11,374 bases of DNA, taken from NCBI GenBank assembly GCA_041736305.1, contig JBGSTX010000299.1, forward strand, positions 1-11,374, read 5' to 3'. The first letter of the stretch is position 1. The number at the start of each line of letters is the position of its first letter. This DNA is from Oligoflexus sp. (GTDB lineage Bacteria > Bdellovibrionota_B > Oligoflexia > Oligoflexales > Oligoflexaceae). Below the pieces are notes generated by a model, which saw only the letters and a program-made list of their open reading frames with translations, did no database searches and was not told the DNA's origin. Both the position numbers and the translations under genes were made by a program. Positions 1 to 8,310 of this stretch are shown here, in pieces.

Positions 1-347
1 GTCACGGACGCCGCGCTAATCTTCTTACCGATTATACCTTCGCCCTCTGGAAAGGTGAGCAACTTGTCCCCTTTGCCAAAGCCTATTCCGGTCTTACCGA
101 TGTCGAAATACTCGAGCTCGATCGCTGGATTAAAAGTCACACCCGCGAACGCTTCGGCCCTGTTCGCTCCGTCGAACCGCTGCGCGTCTTCGAAATTGCT
201 TTCGAAGGCATAGCGATCTCGAAACGACACAAGGCGGGTATAGCCGTGCGTTTTCCCCGCATTCTGCGCGAGCGGTTCGATAAGAAAGCTGCGGATGCCG
301 ATACCGTGGCGAAAGCCCAGGAGTTGATCGATGGCGCAAACCCCTAG
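1..347 (+). CDS. ATP-dependent DNA ligase, C-terminal OB-fold domain (5'-truncated by window edge)
   Basis: Manual translation from nt 3: HGRRANLLTDYTFALWKGEQLVPFAKAYSGLTDVEILELDRWIKSHTRERFGPVRSVEPLRVFEIAFEGIAISKRHKAGIAVRFPRILRERFDKKAADADTVAKAQELIDGANP*. TDYTFA, KAYSGLTD, FGPVR and the motif VI RFPR..R.R.DK are typical of the helicase-associated bacterial ATP-dependent ligase (TIGR04120-type). Stop TAG at 345-347 overlaps the helicase start by 17 nt. Confidence 0.95.
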   Translation, partial: HGRRANLLTDYTFALWKGEQLVPFAKAYSGLTDVEILELDRWIKSHTRERFGPVRSVEPLRVFEIAFEGIAISKRHKAGIAVRFPRILRERFDKKAADADTVAKAQELIDGANP

Positions 348-2883
348 AAAAAGAGCGTCGAAAGCAGTCCTTCCACCCCGCCGCTGGACCCCGGAGGAAG
401 GCCGTAAGCTCATCGAAGGCTGGTTCGCGAGCAAATCCTGGCAGATCCTGGAGCATCAGCAAAAAACTTGGCAGGCTATCGCGAGCGGGCGCAGCGGAAT
501 TTTACAGATGCCGACGGGGAGCGGCAAGACCTATGCCTCCTTCCTCGGCTTTCTTCCTGAGCTAGGCAGCGGTGAAACCGGCCTGCGTCTCCTCTATATT
601 ACGCCTCTGCGCGCTCTAGCTCGCGATATAGAATTAGCTCTGCAAGAACCCTGTCGCGAACTCGGTCTCGATCTCCGGGTCGAGAGCCGCACAGGAGATA
701 GCTCTCAGGCCCTGCGCCGCCGCCAGAAGAACGAGCTGCCGCATATTTTGATTACGACTCCAGAGTCACTCGCTTTGCTTCTGACCTATGCGAATGCAGC
801 CAGCGATTTTGCTCGGGTCAAAGCTTGTATCATCGATGAATGGCACGAGCTCCTCGGCAGCAAACGTGGCTCACTGCTTGAACTCACGATGACGCGCCTT
901 CGCAGTTTTGCACCCGGACTGCGGACCTGGGCACTGAGCGCGACTCTACCGAATCTTAAAGAAGCGGCTGCGACCGCTTGCGGTGTAGCTAGCGAGGTCG
1001 AGATTCTTTCTCTCGGCGCCGGACGTCCGATCGCGCTTAGCACTATCATGCCCACTGAATCCTATCGCTTGCCCGACGCCGGACGGATTGGACTGGCGAT
1101 GGTTCCGCAGGTGCTCGAGGCTCTCGATCTACGTTTTTCAACGTTGATTTTTACCAATACGCGAGCCCAGGCTGAGCTCTGGTACGAAGCTCTGGCGATG
1201 AGTCGCCCGGAATGGGATAAAGCTCTTGCCCTGCATCACGGCTCTCTGCACCTCGAAGTCCGAGAGGCTGTTGAGCGAGGCGTGAAAGAAGGCCAAGTTC
1301 GCATCGTAGTCTGTACCTCGACCCTCGACCTTGGCGTTGATTTTCCTGAAGTGGACCGCGTCATCCAAATTGGTTCCCCAAAGCGGATCAGCCGCCTCGT
1401 GCAGCGGGCAGGACGCTCGGGTCACTCGCCTCAGCAGAAAGCTCAACTCGCTCTGGTGCCGACCATGGGCCTAGAACTCTTCGAATTCCTCGCCTGCCGG
1501 CGAGCTCTAGCCCAGGGTCTCATGGAAAACCGCTGTCCTTTGCGGCAACCCCTCGATGTACTGATTCAACATCTGGTGAGCTCGGCTTTGGGTGGAGGTT
1601 TTGTAGCAGACGAGCTTTATAACGAGATCAGACTCAGCTATAGCTATCACCATCTCACGCGTGAGGTTTTCGACTGGGCCCTGCAGTTCGTAGTCGAAGG
1701 AGGAGGAACGCTGAAGGCCTATCCCCAGTACTGCAAGGTCGTGCTGGAAGATGGCGTGTTTCGAGTTACGGATCGAACTATAAGCATCCGCCACCGACAG
1801 AATATCGGAACCATCCTTTCTGAATCTTCGATCGCTGTGAAGCTAGGCAGACGACTGCTTGGCAATATCGACGAGCAATTTATCGGTAGGTTGCGCAAAG
1901 GTGAGCGCTTTCTCTTCGCGGGCCGTTGGCTCGAGCTCATTTCCCTCAAAGACCTTACGGCCTACACGCGTCTCGCCAAGACTGCAAAAGATGGGCTGAC
2001 CCCAAGTTGGGGTGGTAGCCGACTGCCATGGTCGAATGTTTTAAGTGCCTCTCTGCGCTCGCTACTCGATGAACTGCATGCTCCAGCAAGTTCTTGGCGC
2101 GAGCCTGAATTTGCTGCCCTACTGCCGATTATCGAAGAGCAGCAGAGGGTCTCTCTTTGGCCCTGCTCCGGGGAGCTCTTAGCCGAGCTTCTCTCCAGCC
2201 GGGAGGGACAGCATCTATTCATTTTTCCATTTGAAGGACAGGCGGTTCACGAGGGAATAGCAGCTCTCCTCAGCTACCGAGTCTCCTGCCGATTTCCGGC
2301 TAGCTATGCTGTCGCAGCTAACGATTATGGCTTTGAGCTACTCAGCTCCGTTAGCATTCCCTGGAACGAAGAGCTTCTGCTCGAGCTTTTGAGCCCGCAA
2401 AATCTAGAAGTGGATCTCCGAGCCTCCCTCAATCATTCTGAACTCGCCAAGCGTCGTTTCCGCGCCATCGCCCGGATAGCCGGTCTCGTCATTCAGAATC
2501 TACCAGGCCGTAAGCATAACAACTTCCAGCTTCAGAGTAGTAGCTCTCTGCTATTCGATGTGTTCCAGCGCTTTGATCCTGAGAATCTTCTCCTGAGGCA
2601 GGCGGAAGAAGAAGTCAGCGAGCAGCAGTTTGAGATGGAGCGACTGACGGCAACACTCGCGAGACTTGCAAGCAGCCCGCAGCTCTGGACTCATCCTGAA
2701 ACCTTTTCACCTCTCGGTCTGCCCATCCACCGCGAGCGGGTAAGTCTCAGACAATCGAGCGAAAGCCCGCTGCAGCGAATTGAAAGGATGAAAAATTCAT
2801 GGTCTGTACAAGGCAAATCGAGGGGGAAACCATCACGCTATGCCCAGAAAAAGCGGTCTACTGGGCAGGACGCAAGACCCTGA
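331..2883 (+). CDS. Ligase-associated DNA damage response DEXH-box helicase (Lhr-core type, SF2)
   Basis: 850 aa. Motif I PTGSGKT, Ia TPLRAL, II DEWH, III SAT, HHGSL, V TSTLDLGVD, VI QRAGRSGH. Lhr-type C-terminal region (ELAKRRFRAIARIAGLV). AGGAG SD at 319-323, 7 nt before ATG. Lies between ligase and PdeM as in the TIGR04120-04123 cluster. Confidence 0.95.
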   Translation: MAQTPRKRASKAVLPPRRWTPEEGRKLIEGWFASKSWQILEHQQKTWQAIASGRSGILQMPTGSGKTYASFLGFLPELGSGETGLRLLYITPLRALARDIELALQEPCRELGLDLRVESRTGDSSQALRRRQKNELPHILITTPESLALLLTYANAASDFARVKACIIDEWHELLGSKRGSLLELTMTRLRSFAPGLRTWALSATLPNLKEAAATACGVASEVEILSLGAGRPIALSTIMPTESYRLPDAGRIGLAMVPQVLEALDLRFSTLIFTNTRAQAELWYEALAMSRPEWDKALALHHGSLHLEVREAVERGVKEGQVRIVVCTSTLDLGVDFPEVDRVIQIGSPKRISRLVQRAGRSGHSPQQKAQLALVPTMGLELFEFLACRRALAQGLMENRCPLRQPLDVLIQHLVSSALGGGFVADELYNEIRLSYSYHHLTREVFDWALQFVVEGGGTLKAYPQYCKVVLEDGVFRVTDRTISIRHRQNIGTILSESSIAVKLGRRLLGNIDEQFIGRLRKGERFLFAGRWLELISLKDLTAYTRLAKTAKDGLTPSWGGSRLPWSNVLSASLRSLLDELHAPASSWREPEFAALLPIIEEQQRVSLWPCSGELLAELLSSREGQHLFIFPFEGQAVHEGIAALLSYRVSCRFPASYAVAANDYGFELLSSVSIPWNEELLLELLSPQNLEVDLRASLNHSELAKRRFRAIARIAGLVIQNLPGRKHNNFQLQSSSSLLFDVFQRFDPENLLLRQAEEEVSEQQFEMERLTATLARLASSPQLWTHPETFSPLGLPIHRERVSLRQSSESPLQRIERMKNSWSVQGKSRGKPSRYAQKKRSTGQDARP

Positions 2884-3476
2884 TGGTGGCCGACCTCCAC
2901 TGGGGAAAGGCCGAAATATTTCAGCAAGCCGGTATACCTGTTAGCAGCCAGACTCTCGACGAGGACCTCGCTATCCTTGGGCGTCTCATTAGAGACAGCG
3001 GCGCCGAAAAGGTGCTCTTGCTTGGGGATCTGATTCACGGTAAGTCTGGTCTTACGACGGATCTCAAAGAGAGAGTCAGTAGATGGCGGCAATCGATAGA
3101 CGCGAAATTGACTCTGATCGCCGGCAATCATGATCGACACGTGGCTGCATTGCCCCCAAGCTGGGATATGGAAATTCTTCGTGAAAGCTATGATGAAGGC
3201 CCCTTTCACTTCGCACATCATCCAGCCGAGGAGCCTGGCCGTTACACCTGGTGCGGCCACCTACACCCGACCGTAGTACTCGGGCGCCGGCTCGACCGTA
3301 TGCGCCTCGCTTGCTTTTGGCTGCAGCCTCGCTGTGGGGTTCTACCCTCCTTCGGCAGCTTTACCGGTGGGGCTGTAATTCGTCCAGGTTCGAAAGATCA
3401 GGTTTACGCCATCGCCGAAGAGCAGGTGATCGCCTTACATCGTGAGGAAGACGCATGGAAAAACCAAACTCACTGA
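2799..3476 (+). CDS. pdeM: Ligase-associated DNA damage response endonuclease PdeM/MPE (calcineurin-like metallophosphoesterase)
   Basis: 225 aa. Metallophosphoesterase motifs ADLHWGK, LLGDLIH, GNHD, HHP, GHLHP; C-terminal LPSFGSFTGG; directly downstream of the Lhr-core helicase. Confidence 0.92.
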   Translation: MVCTRQIEGETITLCPEKAVYWAGRKTLMVADLHWGKAEIFQQAGIPVSSQTLDEDLAILGRLIRDSGAEKVLLLGDLIHGKSGLTTDLKERVSRWRQSIDAKLTLIAGNHDRHVAALPPSWDMEILRESYDEGPFHFAHHPAEEPGRYTWCGHLHPTVVLGRRLDRMRLACFWLQPRCGVLPSFGSFTGGAVIRPGSKDQVYAIAEEQVIALHREEDAWKNQTH

Positions 3477-4960
3477 AAGATGCTTACGGACTCCATTGGT
3501 TTTGTCGCGATCTGCGTATTCTAGGCAACGCTGGACTTGAGTGGAACCATAGGGAGTTCCACGGTAGAGTGCTCGGGATCTACTGCTGGCAGAATGCGGA
3601 ATCCAGCAGCGAGGGCTATCCAGCCAATCAAAATCTCTTTCTCTTAGAAACTTTGGCTGCGCTCAAGAGCGAGCTTGAGCAGCGAGGCTCGGGACTGCTC
3701 TTCTTCGAAGCCAGTCCCAGCGACGCCTTTAAGCAGCTACTGCAAAAATTGGAAGGGCGGCGGCTCCCAGCAGCTATCTCTTGGAACCGTTGCTACGAAC
3801 CCAGTGCTCTCCGCGACGAGGAAGCCATCCGTGAGCTGCTCACCGCCCGTGGTATCGTTCCCCACAGCGAGCGAGACCAGCTGCTTATCGAGCCCCACGA
3901 AATTTTTAAGGAAAGTAATAAGCGGCAGCCCTATCAGGTTTATACGCCCTTTCGCAAGCAGTGGATGAAAGCTTTCCAGACCGGCGATGTAACAGAACGA
4001 GTTGCCCGGCAAAAAAAGGCCTTGCGCCGGCGCGCGTCTGCACAAGCTGACTTCGGTCTCACCGGACCCGAGCTTCTCACGGCGCCTTTCTACGAGGCAT
4101 CTTCGCAGCGCTTAGCGAATGCCATCGAAAAGCTACGAGCTAGAGTGAGTATAACTCTGCCTTCAGCTGGACATAAATCGGCTCTCCTCCAAGTAAAGGC
4201 CTTCGCCAAGAGCCTGGATGCCTATCACGAGCAACGCGACATTCCGAGCATCGGAGGCACCTCGCGCTTCTCGGCCTATCTCAACAATGGCTCTCTGACC
4301 ATCGATCAGGTTATTGCTTCCTATGATCTGGGAGCTGCTGAAGAGGCCGATAGTGCTCGTCATAAATTCTTCGGTGAATTGATCTGGCGGGAATTTTACT
4401 ACTATATACTGAGCCGTTTTCCCTACGTTGAGCTCGAGTCATTTAACTCGCGCTACCGCTCGATGCGCTGGGATAATCGCGAAGATTGGTTCACCCGTTG
4501 GAAGGAAGGCCAGACCGGCTACCCTATAGTCGACGCCGGCATGCGCGAACTCCTAGAAACCGGTTGGATGCACAATCGCGTCCGCATGATCGTGGCCTCT
4601 TTTCTCTGCAAAGATCTACTGATTGACTGGCGCTGGGGTGAGAAACATTTCCTAGAGCATCTTATCGATGGCGATCCTGCCTTAAATAATGGTGGCTGGC
4701 AGTGGGCAGCTTCGACTGGCTGTGATCCTCAGCCTTATTTTCGGATCTTTAACCCCGAACTTCAGAGTCAAAAATTTGATCCGGAAGGCCTCTATATCAA
4801 GCGCTTCGTACCAGAACTTATGCATTTGAGTCCCAAACGCATCCATGCACCTGATAAGAAAGAACGAGGCTCGCGTTATCCCCTACCTCTGGTCGATCAC
4901 GCGGCTCAGAAGCCCAAGGCACTGGCTCTCTATAAAAGCTCGGGAACCTTGGCCAAATAA
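3455..4960 (+). CDS. phrB: Deoxyribodipyrimidine (CPD) photolyase, class I type
   Basis: 501 aa. N-terminal WFCRDLR, PYQVYTPF, TSRFSAYL, ELIWREFY, and FAD domain GQTGYPIVDAGMREL..TGWMHNRVRMIVASFL, IDWRWG, NNGGWQWAASTG, PYFRIFNP, KFDP.G.YIKRFVPEL. GAGG SD at 3444-3447. 22-nt overlap with pdeM. Confidence 0.93.
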   Translation: MEKPNSLKDAYGLHWFCRDLRILGNAGLEWNHREFHGRVLGIYCWQNAESSSEGYPANQNLFLLETLAALKSELEQRGSGLLFFEASPSDAFKQLLQKLEGRRLPAAISWNRCYEPSALRDEEAIRELLTARGIVPHSERDQLLIEPHEIFKESNKRQPYQVYTPFRKQWMKAFQTGDVTERVARQKKALRRRASAQADFGLTGPELLTAPFYEASSQRLANAIEKLRARVSITLPSAGHKSALLQVKAFAKSLDAYHEQRDIPSIGGTSRFSAYLNNGSLTIDQVIASYDLGAAEEADSARHKFFGELIWREFYYYILSRFPYVELESFNSRYRSMRWDNREDWFTRWKEGQTGYPIVDAGMRELLETGWMHNRVRMIVASFLCKDLLIDWRWGEKHFLEHLIDGDPALNNGGWQWAASTGCDPQPYFRIFNPELQSQKFDPEGLYIKRFVPELMHLSPKRIHAPDKKERGSRYPLPLVDHAAQKPKALALYKSSGTLAK

Positions 4961-4970
4961 TGCAGAAATC

Positions 4971-5078
4971 TTAGACGCGTGGCTGCAGATGCGAGTGATA
5001 GGAGAGTTTGACCTTCCAGGCAAGATACTGAAGTCCGAGCAAGAGATCCAGAATCGTCTCACGCATGATGCGGCGCAT
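4971..5078 (-). CDS. Putative 35-aa small protein MRRIMRETILDLLLGLQYLAWKVKLSYHSHLQPRV
   Basis: Minus-strand ATG at 5078 to TAA at 4973-4971, preceded by GAGGGAGG with GGAGG (5090-5086) 7 nt from ATG. Fits entirely in the gap between phrB and the barrel gene. Below the ORF-track size cutoff. Confidence 0.55.
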   Translation of the reverse strand: MRRIMRETILDLLLGLQYLAWKVKLSYHSHLQPRV

Positions 5079-5085
5079 AAGTAAT

Positions 5086-5135
5086 CCTCCCTCGTTATCC
5101 GTCTCAATCTATAAGTTCGGTTTAAGACGGGGAGG
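5086..5135 (-). promoter_or_regulatory. Predicted SD-sequestering leader hairpin of the small ORF
   Basis: Minus strand: CCTCC-CCGTCTTAA-(14-nt loop)-TTGAGACGG-(8-nt bulge)-GGAGG. A 9-bp stem with one G-U pair, plus 5-bp anti-SD/SD pairing. Confidence 0.45.
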
Positions 5136-5191
5136 CGACTTTCGCAAGCAAAAATGGAAGCAGCGCACTTGAAAAATCATACATTTCTGTT

Positions 5192-6727
5192 TTAAATCTG
5201 CAGCTCCTGGCCGAGTCCGAGCGTGATGGTAGCCCGGTGCAGATTTTCACCTGTTTGTAGAAGTTTAAGTAGCTCATAACTTAGATCGATCGAGAAATAA
5301 GGCTGGATGCGCGCTGAGCCTGAAGCCCACCGCTGCCGGTAGGAGCTGGTCCAGATCAGAGCCTGTCTTTCCCCATCACTACGCGCTCCGAGGACAGTCT
5401 CCTGCAGATTAAGACCTAACTCTGTCGCATCTTCACGATTCCGCCGCAGCTCTAGCCTTTGCTGGATGTCGCTGGCCCGATTCAAGCGGTAACTGCTCGT
5501 GGCTGTGGTGCTTAGATTATCTACTTTTGCGCCGATGAAACGCTGCTCATCCTTTACGACTAAAAGCGACCAGCGGCTTCTACCGGTTTGAAAATTCCAA
5601 GCTAAGGAACTCTGTATCGTGTACTGCTGCTCCGTATCGAACAAGAGATTTTCGGCCGTATAGCTCGTATAGTAGCGGAGAAGATCAACTTCCTTGCTGA
5701 CACTTAGAACCAAATTGCTCCGCGGGCTGATAAGATAGTTGAGCGAAAGTGCCCCATAACCCTGGCCTTGGGTATCGAGGGCTCCCTGTTCGCGAAGCAG
5801 AGAAAACTGGGCCTCCCAACCTAAACGCCCGTCTGGGCTTCTCGCTAAAGTGAGTCCAGGACCCTCAACCTGCCGCCTTTCCCCATCGGTAAACGAGGTC
5901 CGCAAGACCTGGTAGCCAAGCCCTAGACGGAAACGCGGACTCACGGCTGAGCTGATGAAGGAATTGAGTGATTCGAGATCCTGCCGACGAGTCCTACCCC
6001 CTGGATCATCGCTCAGTAGATCATTGAAACTCAGTTGATAAGCCTGTCCGTTCGTATCCCAGCTGATGCGGCTCCATCGCTTGCTGAAACCCGCACCAAC
6101 GCCCACCAGCTCAGTCACATCTTTGCGTCGCGTATCGAGTCGATAATCGTTGCGTCGAGCTTGAGTACTGAACAGGAGATCGAGGGTAGGCGTCGCCCGG
6201 TAGGTATCGGCTAGATCGAAGTCGATGCCCCATTCCTGACTTCGTTCGATCGCCTCACCAGGTGTAGCTGCCGTCGTTCCATCGACAGGCGCGAGGAGAT
6301 ACTGTGCTTCGAGATCCTGGAAAGCAGCACTGCCCTTGAAGAGCGAAGCGTTGAGTCCGAGTGTGAGGGTAAGCTGGTGATCTGCGATCCGGCGCTGCCA
6401 TACGCTGTCAGCACTCAGCTGGGCGAAGTGATCACTCTGCTTCCCAAGTCCAAGAGTCCAGTTAAGATTCTGCTGCTGACTTCTGCCTTCGGCCTGGCGA
6501 TTGCGATTGAACTGCGCACGGTCTAAGAAAAAAAGGACATCTTCGCCCTCAGAGGGACTATCCCTCCAGAAACGAGCGTTCCAGACGGCATTACTGTGAT
6601 CAAAGCGTCTTTGTACAGTTTCACGCTCGATCACTAGGGCCTGCGCGCCGGCCAGCGGCGCTCCCGTGAACAGTCCGAGCCAAAGCCATCGCTGCAAAAG
6701 TCGGCTACCCACAGGCAAATTTCCCAT
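5192..6727 (-). CDS. Predicted large outer-membrane beta-barrel protein, possibly for polysaccharide export
   Basis: Start reassigned from 6949 to ATG 6727 (511 aa). This removes the overlap with the divergent gene, exposes a signal-peptide-like N-terminus (MGNLPVGSRLLQRWLWLGLFTGAPLAGAQA) and places the start downstream of a sigma70 promoter. Many alternating amphipathic strands with aromatic girdle and short turns (YRATPTLDLLF, SPRFRLGLGYQ, LSLNYLISPRSNLVLSVS, YFSIDLSYE, HRATITLGLGQ). Confidence 0.7.
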   Translation of the reverse strand: MGNLPVGSRLLQRWLWLGLFTGAPLAGAQALVIERETVQRRFDHSNAVWNARFWRDSPSEGEDVLFFLDRAQFNRNRQAEGRSQQQNLNWTLGLGKQSDHFAQLSADSVWQRRIADHQLTLTLGLNASLFKGSAAFQDLEAQYLLAPVDGTTAATPGEAIERSQEWGIDFDLADTYRATPTLDLLFSTQARRNDYRLDTRRKDVTELVGVGAGFSKRWSRISWDTNGQAYQLSFNDLLSDDPGGRTRRQDLESLNSFISSAVSPRFRLGLGYQVLRTSFTDGERRQVEGPGLTLARSPDGRLGWEAQFSLLREQGALDTQGQGYGALSLNYLISPRSNLVLSVSKEVDLLRYYTSYTAENLLFDTEQQYTIQSSLAWNFQTGRSRWSLLVVKDEQRFIGAKVDNLSTTATSSYRLNRASDIQQRLELRRNREDATELGLNLQETVLGARSDGERQALIWTSSYRQRWASGSARIQPYFSIDLSYELLKLLQTGENLHRATITLGLGQELQI

Positions 6728-6761
6728 ATCCTGGCATGCATAAATTCGAGGAATTCGTAGT

Positions 6762-6790
6762 ATTATAGGGTTGCCTGATTCGAATAGCAA
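6762..6790 (-). promoter_or_regulatory. Sigma70-type promoter for the beta-barrel gene
   Basis: Minus strand TTGCTA (6790-6785), 17-nt spacer, perfect TATAAT (6767-6762), ending about 35 nt upstream of ATG 6727. Confidence 0.65.
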
Positions 6791-6808
6791 CACGACCTTA
6801 CCAAGCCC

Positions 6809-8308
6809 ATGAGGTGCCTCGTGCCATCGCTTCCCAATACATCTCTCTGGCAAGGGGAGAGCCCACGGGCTTCGCTGCGCTGGTCCCTCTTTCTCTTGGC
6901 CTTGGCGGCGCTCGCTTCCTCCCTGCTTTTTATCAAGTACGTAGGTCAACCTATCTGCCTCGCACCGCTCTTGCTTTTTGCAGGATGGCGCTTGCTTCCC
7001 CTACTCGGTGAGCGGGCTGATCAGAGAATTTTCATTGGTTTTATGGTGCTATGCCTGGGGATCGACGATATGTCTCAGGTCGCTTGGGGTCGTAACGTAG
7101 ACATCCTGACAGAAGAGCTCGGAGTGATCCTCTTCAAATCCTTCGGTCTCACAGGAATGGAATATTTTGCAATTGGGTTCAGCCTCTGGCTGGTTTTAGC
7201 GCGCTCGCGGCAGCACATCATGCTGTGGATGCGAGAGGACGTAATCAAGATAGTAGCTCTAGCTTCAAGCATCTTCATTGCCAGTACGCTGGCTGGCATC
7301 TACGGCCTCAGTACCGGTGCCGACTTCAACACCTACCTGATTCAAACTCGTTTTCTTCATATCCTGCCCTTCTGGGTTTTTATAGGCTTTGTTCTCTTCC
7401 GCGATGTGGAGTTTGTCCAGCGTTTAATCTTTTGGATAACTCTCCTGGTCGTGCTCAAATCTCTCCAAGCCGTCCTCGTCTACCTTATCTATCGCTCTCA
7501 GTTTGCAGAAGCTGAATATCTGATTGATCACTATTTTTCGGCTTATTCGGTGATCGCTTCCGTCGCTCTCATTGGCTACTTTATGGAATCGCGCAGTCCC
7601 CTCATCAAAGTCCTCATCGCTGTGAGCAGCCTCACGGTTCTGACCGCCTATATTCTCAACGATCGTCGAACTTCATACGTCGGCGTGGGCCTGGCGGCTA
7701 TGCTGCTTCCCGCTTTGATACCCGCTGCTTGGTTGCGTCGTCATGCCCCCAAACTGCTTTTCAGCGGAGGCTTGGCTCTGGCCTTCATCGGGGCAACCTG
7801 GCCCCTGCCGCCCCCCATTGGCTTTGTCGGAGCTACCATTCGCTCATTCGGTAGCGAAGACGGCACCGAAGGACCGAGCTATCGTGACCTTGAAAACGCC
7901 AATCTCTTCGGTGCTGCTGCCTCGAGTCCATTGACGGGAATTGGCTATGGAAAGGAATTCACCGAGACTTACCAGATGCCCGATATTTCGTTCGTTTATG
8001 CGCGCTATCGCATGCTGCCGCATAATCTCTTTTTAGCTTCTTGGGGATTCGGCGGCCCGTTGACGGTGGCCGCGACCAGTCTTATCTTTGTAACGATGAT
8101 CTGGCTAGCTGGTAGGCTGATTCGAGAGGGTTGGCAAACTCCCTTCGCCTTCTGTGGCATCATAGCTCTCTTCTATGCCCTGCAGTATTTTTCTTATACT
8201 TTTGGCGATATCGGCCTCCAAATCAATAGGAACCAGATGTTTGCCGGTCTCTTCCTCGGGGGTAGCTTCCGACTCCTCCAGTGCCTCCAGCGTAATAAGG
8301 CGGTTTGA
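6809..8308 (+). CDS. O-antigen ligase / Wzy-family polytopic membrane protein
   Basis: 499 aa with about a dozen hydrophobic segments and Wzy_C/WaaL-type motifs NDRRTSYVG, SYRDLE...SPLTGIGYG and PHNLFL. The true start may be GTG 6821, which follows GAGGTG (6811-6816). Confidence 0.8.
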   Translation: MRCLVPSLPNTSLWQGESPRASLRWSLFLLALAALASSLLFIKYVGQPICLAPLLLFAGWRLLPLLGERADQRIFIGFMVLCLGIDDMSQVAWGRNVDILTEELGVILFKSFGLTGMEYFAIGFSLWLVLARSRQHIMLWMREDVIKIVALASSIFIASTLAGIYGLSTGADFNTYLIQTRFLHILPFWVFIGFVLFRDVEFVQRLIFWITLLVVLKSLQAVLVYLIYRSQFAEAEYLIDHYFSAYSVIASVALIGYFMESRSPLIKVLIAVSSLTVLTAYILNDRRTSYVGVGLAAMLLPALIPAAWLRRHAPKLLFSGGLALAFIGATWPLPPPIGFVGATIRSFGSEDGTEGPSYRDLENANLFGAAASSPLTGIGYGKEFTETYQMPDISFVYARYRMLPHNLFLASWGFGGPLTVAATSLIFVTMIWLAGRLIREGWQTPFAFCGIIALFYALQYFSYTFGDIGLQINRNQMFAGLFLGGSFRLLQCLQRNKAV

Positions 8309-8310
8309 AG

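Noticed and set aside
130-4363. Antisense and alternate-frame ORFs inside the ligase, helicase, pdeM and photolyase genes
   Set aside because: Shadow ORFs of well-supported genes with no recognisable motifs.
3455-4960. Possibility that the photolyase-family gene is a cryptochrome or (6-4) photolyase
   Set aside because: It retains class I CPD-type signatures (ELIWREF, HNRVRM, NNGGWQW) and lacks the (6-4)-type HHLARH motif.
4845-5107. Track ORFs 4845-5084 (+) and 4883-5107 (-), and internal ATG 4989 (+)
   Set aside because: The two track ORFs overlap phrB and none has a convincing SD; the 4971-5078 minus ORF has much better initiation signals.
6728-6949. N-terminal 74 aa of the 585-aa ORF call
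   Set aside because: Overlaps the divergent gene, buries the signal peptide and spans the sigma70 promoter; ATG 6727 is the better start.
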